A DNA stretch of 64,000 nt from an uncultured delta proteobacterium (GTDB lineage Bacteria; Myxococcota; Myxococcia; Myxococcales; Anaeromyxobacteraceae). The notes beneath the pieces are model-generated. The model was given only the letters and a program-made list of their open reading frames with translations. It was not told the DNA's origin and ran no database searches. Location of the stretch: NCBI GenBank assembly GCA_963766715.1, contig CAVYBH010000001.1, positions 192,001 through 256,000 of the forward strand, read 5' to 3'. Below are positions 61,074-64,000 of the stretch, piece by piece. Numbering within the stretch: position 1 is the first letter of the stretch; each line of letters starts with the position of its first letter. A program made the position numbers and the translations under genes.

Positions 61074-61972
61074 TGAAGGTCGCGGTCACGGGCGCGAACG
61101 GGATGCTGGGCGGCGAGGCGGTGGCCCAGCTGGCCGGCCGCCACGAGGTGCTGGCGCTGGGGCTCGGCCCCGGACGCCCGCCCGAGGGGACCTACCACTG
61201 GGTGGAGGCCGACCTCGGGGACGGACGCTCGGTGGAGGCGGCGCTCCTCGAGTTCGGCGCGCAGGCGGTGCTCCACGCCGGCGCGGTGACCGACGTGGAC
61301 GGCTGCGAGAAGGAGCCGGACGCGGCCTGGCGGGTCAACACCGGCGGCACGCAGCAAGTGGCTCGCGCCTGCCGCGCGCTCGGCGCCCGGCTGGTGGCGG
61401 TCTCCACCGACTACGTCTTCGACGGCGCGTGCGGCCCGTACGGCGAGGACGACCTCCCGAACCCCCGCGGCGTCTACGCCCAGAGCAAGCTGGCCGGGGA
61501 GTGGGCCGCGCTCTCCATCGCCCCCGACAGCGCGGTGGCCCGGGTGGCGGTGGTCTACAGCGGGCGGTCCACGGCGCGTCCGACCTTCGCCACCCAGGTG
61601 GTCGACAAGCTCCGCCGCGGCGAGGTCGTGAAGGCCTTCGACGACCAGTTCACCTCCACGACGCTGGCGGCGAGCGGCGCGGCCATGTGCCTGGAGCTGC
61701 TCCTCGAGCACGCCTACCGGGGCGTGCTCCACGTGAGCGACGAGACGGTGCTCGACCGGGTGGAGTTCGCCCGGAAGGTGGCGGCCCGCTTCGGCCTCCA
61801 GGGCGAGATCGTCCCGGTGAAGACCGCCGACGTGAAGCTGCTCGCCCCCCGGCCGTTGCGGGGTGGACTGCGGGTGGACCGGGCCGCCGCGATGCTCCGG
61901 AACAAGCCCCTGGCGGTCGACGCCGCCCTGGACCGGTTCCACGAGGAGTGGACGCGACGCAACCCCCCGTGA
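61073..61972 (+). CDS. rfbD: dTDP-4-dehydrorhamnose reductase
   Basis: TGANGMLG, TDVDGCE, STDYVFDG, Y..SKLAGE. Confidence 0.88.
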   Translation: MKVAVTGANGMLGGEAVAQLAGRHEVLALGLGPGRPPEGTYHWVEADLGDGRSVEAALLEFGAQAVLHAGAVTDVDGCEKEPDAAWRVNTGGTQQVARACRALGARLVAVSTDYVFDGACGPYGEDDLPNPRGVYAQSKLAGEWAALSIAPDSAVARVAVVYSGRSTARPTFATQVVDKLRRGEVVKAFDDQFTSTTLAASGAAMCLELLLEHAYRGVLHVSDETVLDRVEFARKVAARFGLQGEIVPVKTADVKLLAPRPLRGGLRVDRAAAMLRNKPLAVDAALDRFHEEWTRRNPP

Positions 61973-61989
61973 CGTGGTAGGAAAAGCGG

Positions 61990-63755
61990 ATGCTGCGCTC
62001 GCCACGACTCCCGTTCACGCGGGCCCTCGCCCTCTTCCTCTGCGCCCAGCCCGTCCTCTGGATGAGCAACGTGGCGCTCGCGCAGACGCTCGATCAGCAG
62101 GCAGGCGGCGCAGCAGGCCGAGCAGCAGCGTGCGGCAGGGGCAGCAGGTCCAGCCGCTGCCGGGCGAGCCGCAGCAGCCACGGGCCCGCTGGCGCCGGGC
62201 AGCCGGGGCTCCGGGCTGCCAGGAGGCGGGCGCATTCCCCGCAGGGCCGCCGGGCACCCCGGCGCCCTTCTCGGCCACGCCGGGCGAGGCGGAGGGCGCC
62301 CGCGCCGACCGCCAGGCCGCCCCGTCCTGCACGGGCGACGCCGGTGGACGAGCCGCTCGACCCCGACCGCTACGTGCTCGGGTCCGGGCGACGTGCTGGA
62401 GCTCCACTTCTGGGGCGTCGAGAACTTCCGGTTCCGCGTGACGGTCGACCTGGAGGGGCGCGCCTTCGTGCCCAAGGTCGGCTACCTCGTCGCTGCGCGG
62501 GAAGACGCTCACCGAGGCGCAGGGCATGCTGGAGAAGGCCGTGGCCCGCTTCTATCCCGAAGCTGGGCTTCGGGGTGAACCTGGCCGAGCCGCGCACCTT
62601 CCTCGTGCAGGTGGTCGACGACGTGGTCCGCCCGGGCCGCAGCAGGCCAAGGCCCTCGACCGCGTGGCCACGGTGATCCGCCGGGCCGGCGGGCTGGGGC
62701 CCAACGCCTCGCAGCGGCGCATCGAGGTGAAGCGGCGCGACGGGACGGTGCTCACCGCCGACCTGCTCCTCTACGCCCTCACCGGCGACGTGAAGCACAA
62801 CCCGTACGTCCTCGACGGCGACGTGTCCGCGTGCCGTTCCAGACGGTCGTCGCGACCATCTGCCGGCGCCGTGAACCGGCCGGGCAGCTACGAGCTGGTC
62901 GGCACCGCCGACCTCGCGGAGCTGGTGAGCCTGGCCGGCGGGCTCTCCCCGGGCGCCACCCGCGACCTGCCCGTCACGGTCGTCCGGCGGGTCCGGGAGG
63001 GCAAGCTCTCGCGGTCCACGTACGACTTCGCCGCCGACGGGCAGCTCCCGCCGGTCGCCGCTCTCGAGCGAGGACAGCGTCTGGGTGCCGTCCTTCTCCG
63101 AGCTGCAGCAGTCGGTCACCATCACCGGCGCGCTCGCCGGCGTCGGCCGCCAGCGGCACCGCGGGACGACACGACGGCACCGGGACCGCGGCCGCCGGAC
63201 GCGGGACGGTGGCCCGCGACGAGGCCGCGGCGACGCGCCGGCTCGCCTTCGCGCAGGGCGACACGGTCCGCTCGATCCTGGAGCGGGCCGGGGGCCCCGG
63301 GCCGCTCGCCGACCTCAAGGGCTCCTACATCCTCCGCGACATGCGTGGCCGTGCCCGTCGACCTCTACGCGGTGGTGATGCTCCGCGACCTCAGCGCCGA
63401 CCGCCCGGTCGAGCTCGGCGACACCATCGTCGTGCCCTTCCGCCGGCAGAGCGTGCTGGTCGAGGGCGCCGTCTTCAGGCCCGGCCCCTATCCCTACAAC
63501 CCGACTACGGCGTGGAGCAGTACGTGGCGCTGGCCGGCGGCCTGAACCGCTTCGCGCAGGCGATGGACGACGTCTACGTGGTCACGCCGAACGGCGAGAT
63601 GAAGGAGTTCGCCCCGGATCTGAAGATCGATCCCGGCGCGTCGCTGGTCGTGCCCGAGCGCAACTTCTCCCGCAGCGAGGTCGTGTCCCTCATCCTGGCC
63701 GGGCGCCGGGCTGCTCCTCAGCGCGGCCACCATCTTCATCTCCCTGCGCAAATGA
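61990..63755 (+). CDS. Polysaccharide export protein, Wza/SLBB-domain (many frameshifts)
   Basis: YVLG.GDVLEL, V.VDLEG..F.PKVG, repeated SLBB motifs GAVNRPGSYEL and GAVFRPGPY, AGG. Confidence 0.75.
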
Positions 63756-64000
63756 CCAGGACCTTCCGTACACCTCGATCTCCCCTTCCTGCGGCGACGC
63801 GAGGTGCAGGTGCGCGTCGCCGTCACGTCGTCTTCGCGCTGGCGGGCTTCGTCTACGGCGCGTTCGCGCCAAGAGTACCGGCCGACGCTGACCGTCGTGC
63901 CGGTCGGCGCCCAGAAGCTGGGCATCGCCAGCCTGCTCGGGGCGGAGATCGGCGGGATCGCCGCCGGATGGCGGCCTCGGCGGCGGGCGCCGACGCCGCG
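63752..64000 (+). CDS. Probable polysaccharide chain-length/co-polymerase protein, truncated by window end
   Basis: ATG overlaps the wza stop; hydrophobic segment followed by a ..Y....L pattern; context suggests Wzz/Wzc. Confidence 0.4.
   Translation, partial: MTRTFRTPRSPLPAATRGAGARRRHVVFALAGFVYGAFAPRVPADADRRAGRRPEAGHRQPARGGDRRDRRRMAASAAGADAA

Overview
Very GC-rich chromosomal segment from an Anaeromyxobacter-like myxobacterium (Myxococcota), inferred from mglBA next to dnaX-ybaB-recR, a RecA1-type recA and Cys-rich lipoproteins. Most of the window is housekeeping: a radical SAM protein, tadA, two tRNA-Ser, SRP RNA, dnaX-ybaB-recR, mglBA, comM-recA, pssA-pgpA-cinA, ltaE, nth, def, priA, galU, glpK, radA, bioBF, a threonine dehydratase and dnaE. 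It also holds a cobalamin-riboswitch-controlled btu operon and the start of a polysaccharide locus (wzi, DegT, phosphoglycosyl transferase, gmd/fcl, rfbACBD, wza). About 25 genes, including the essential dnaE, dnaX, def and priA, carry single-base frameshifts. These most likely reflect an unpolished long-read assembly. The most interesting signal is a set of correctly spaced sigma54-type GG-N10-GC motifs. They lie directly upstream of three dispersed loci whose products act in natural transformation elsewhere: comM-recA1, radA, and a small putative ssDNA-binding protein gene coupled to comEA. A fourth lies upstream of a DUF222-like/HNH endonuclease gene. In three of the four cases the motif is 15-16 nt from the start codon. 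This suggests a sigma54-controlled competence regulon that an HNH nuclease may have joined. Other points are a BtuG-like lipoprotein and an amidohydrolase inside the B12 operon, a BirA operator, and many apparently leaderless promoters. All family assignments come from motif recognition; no database searches were run.
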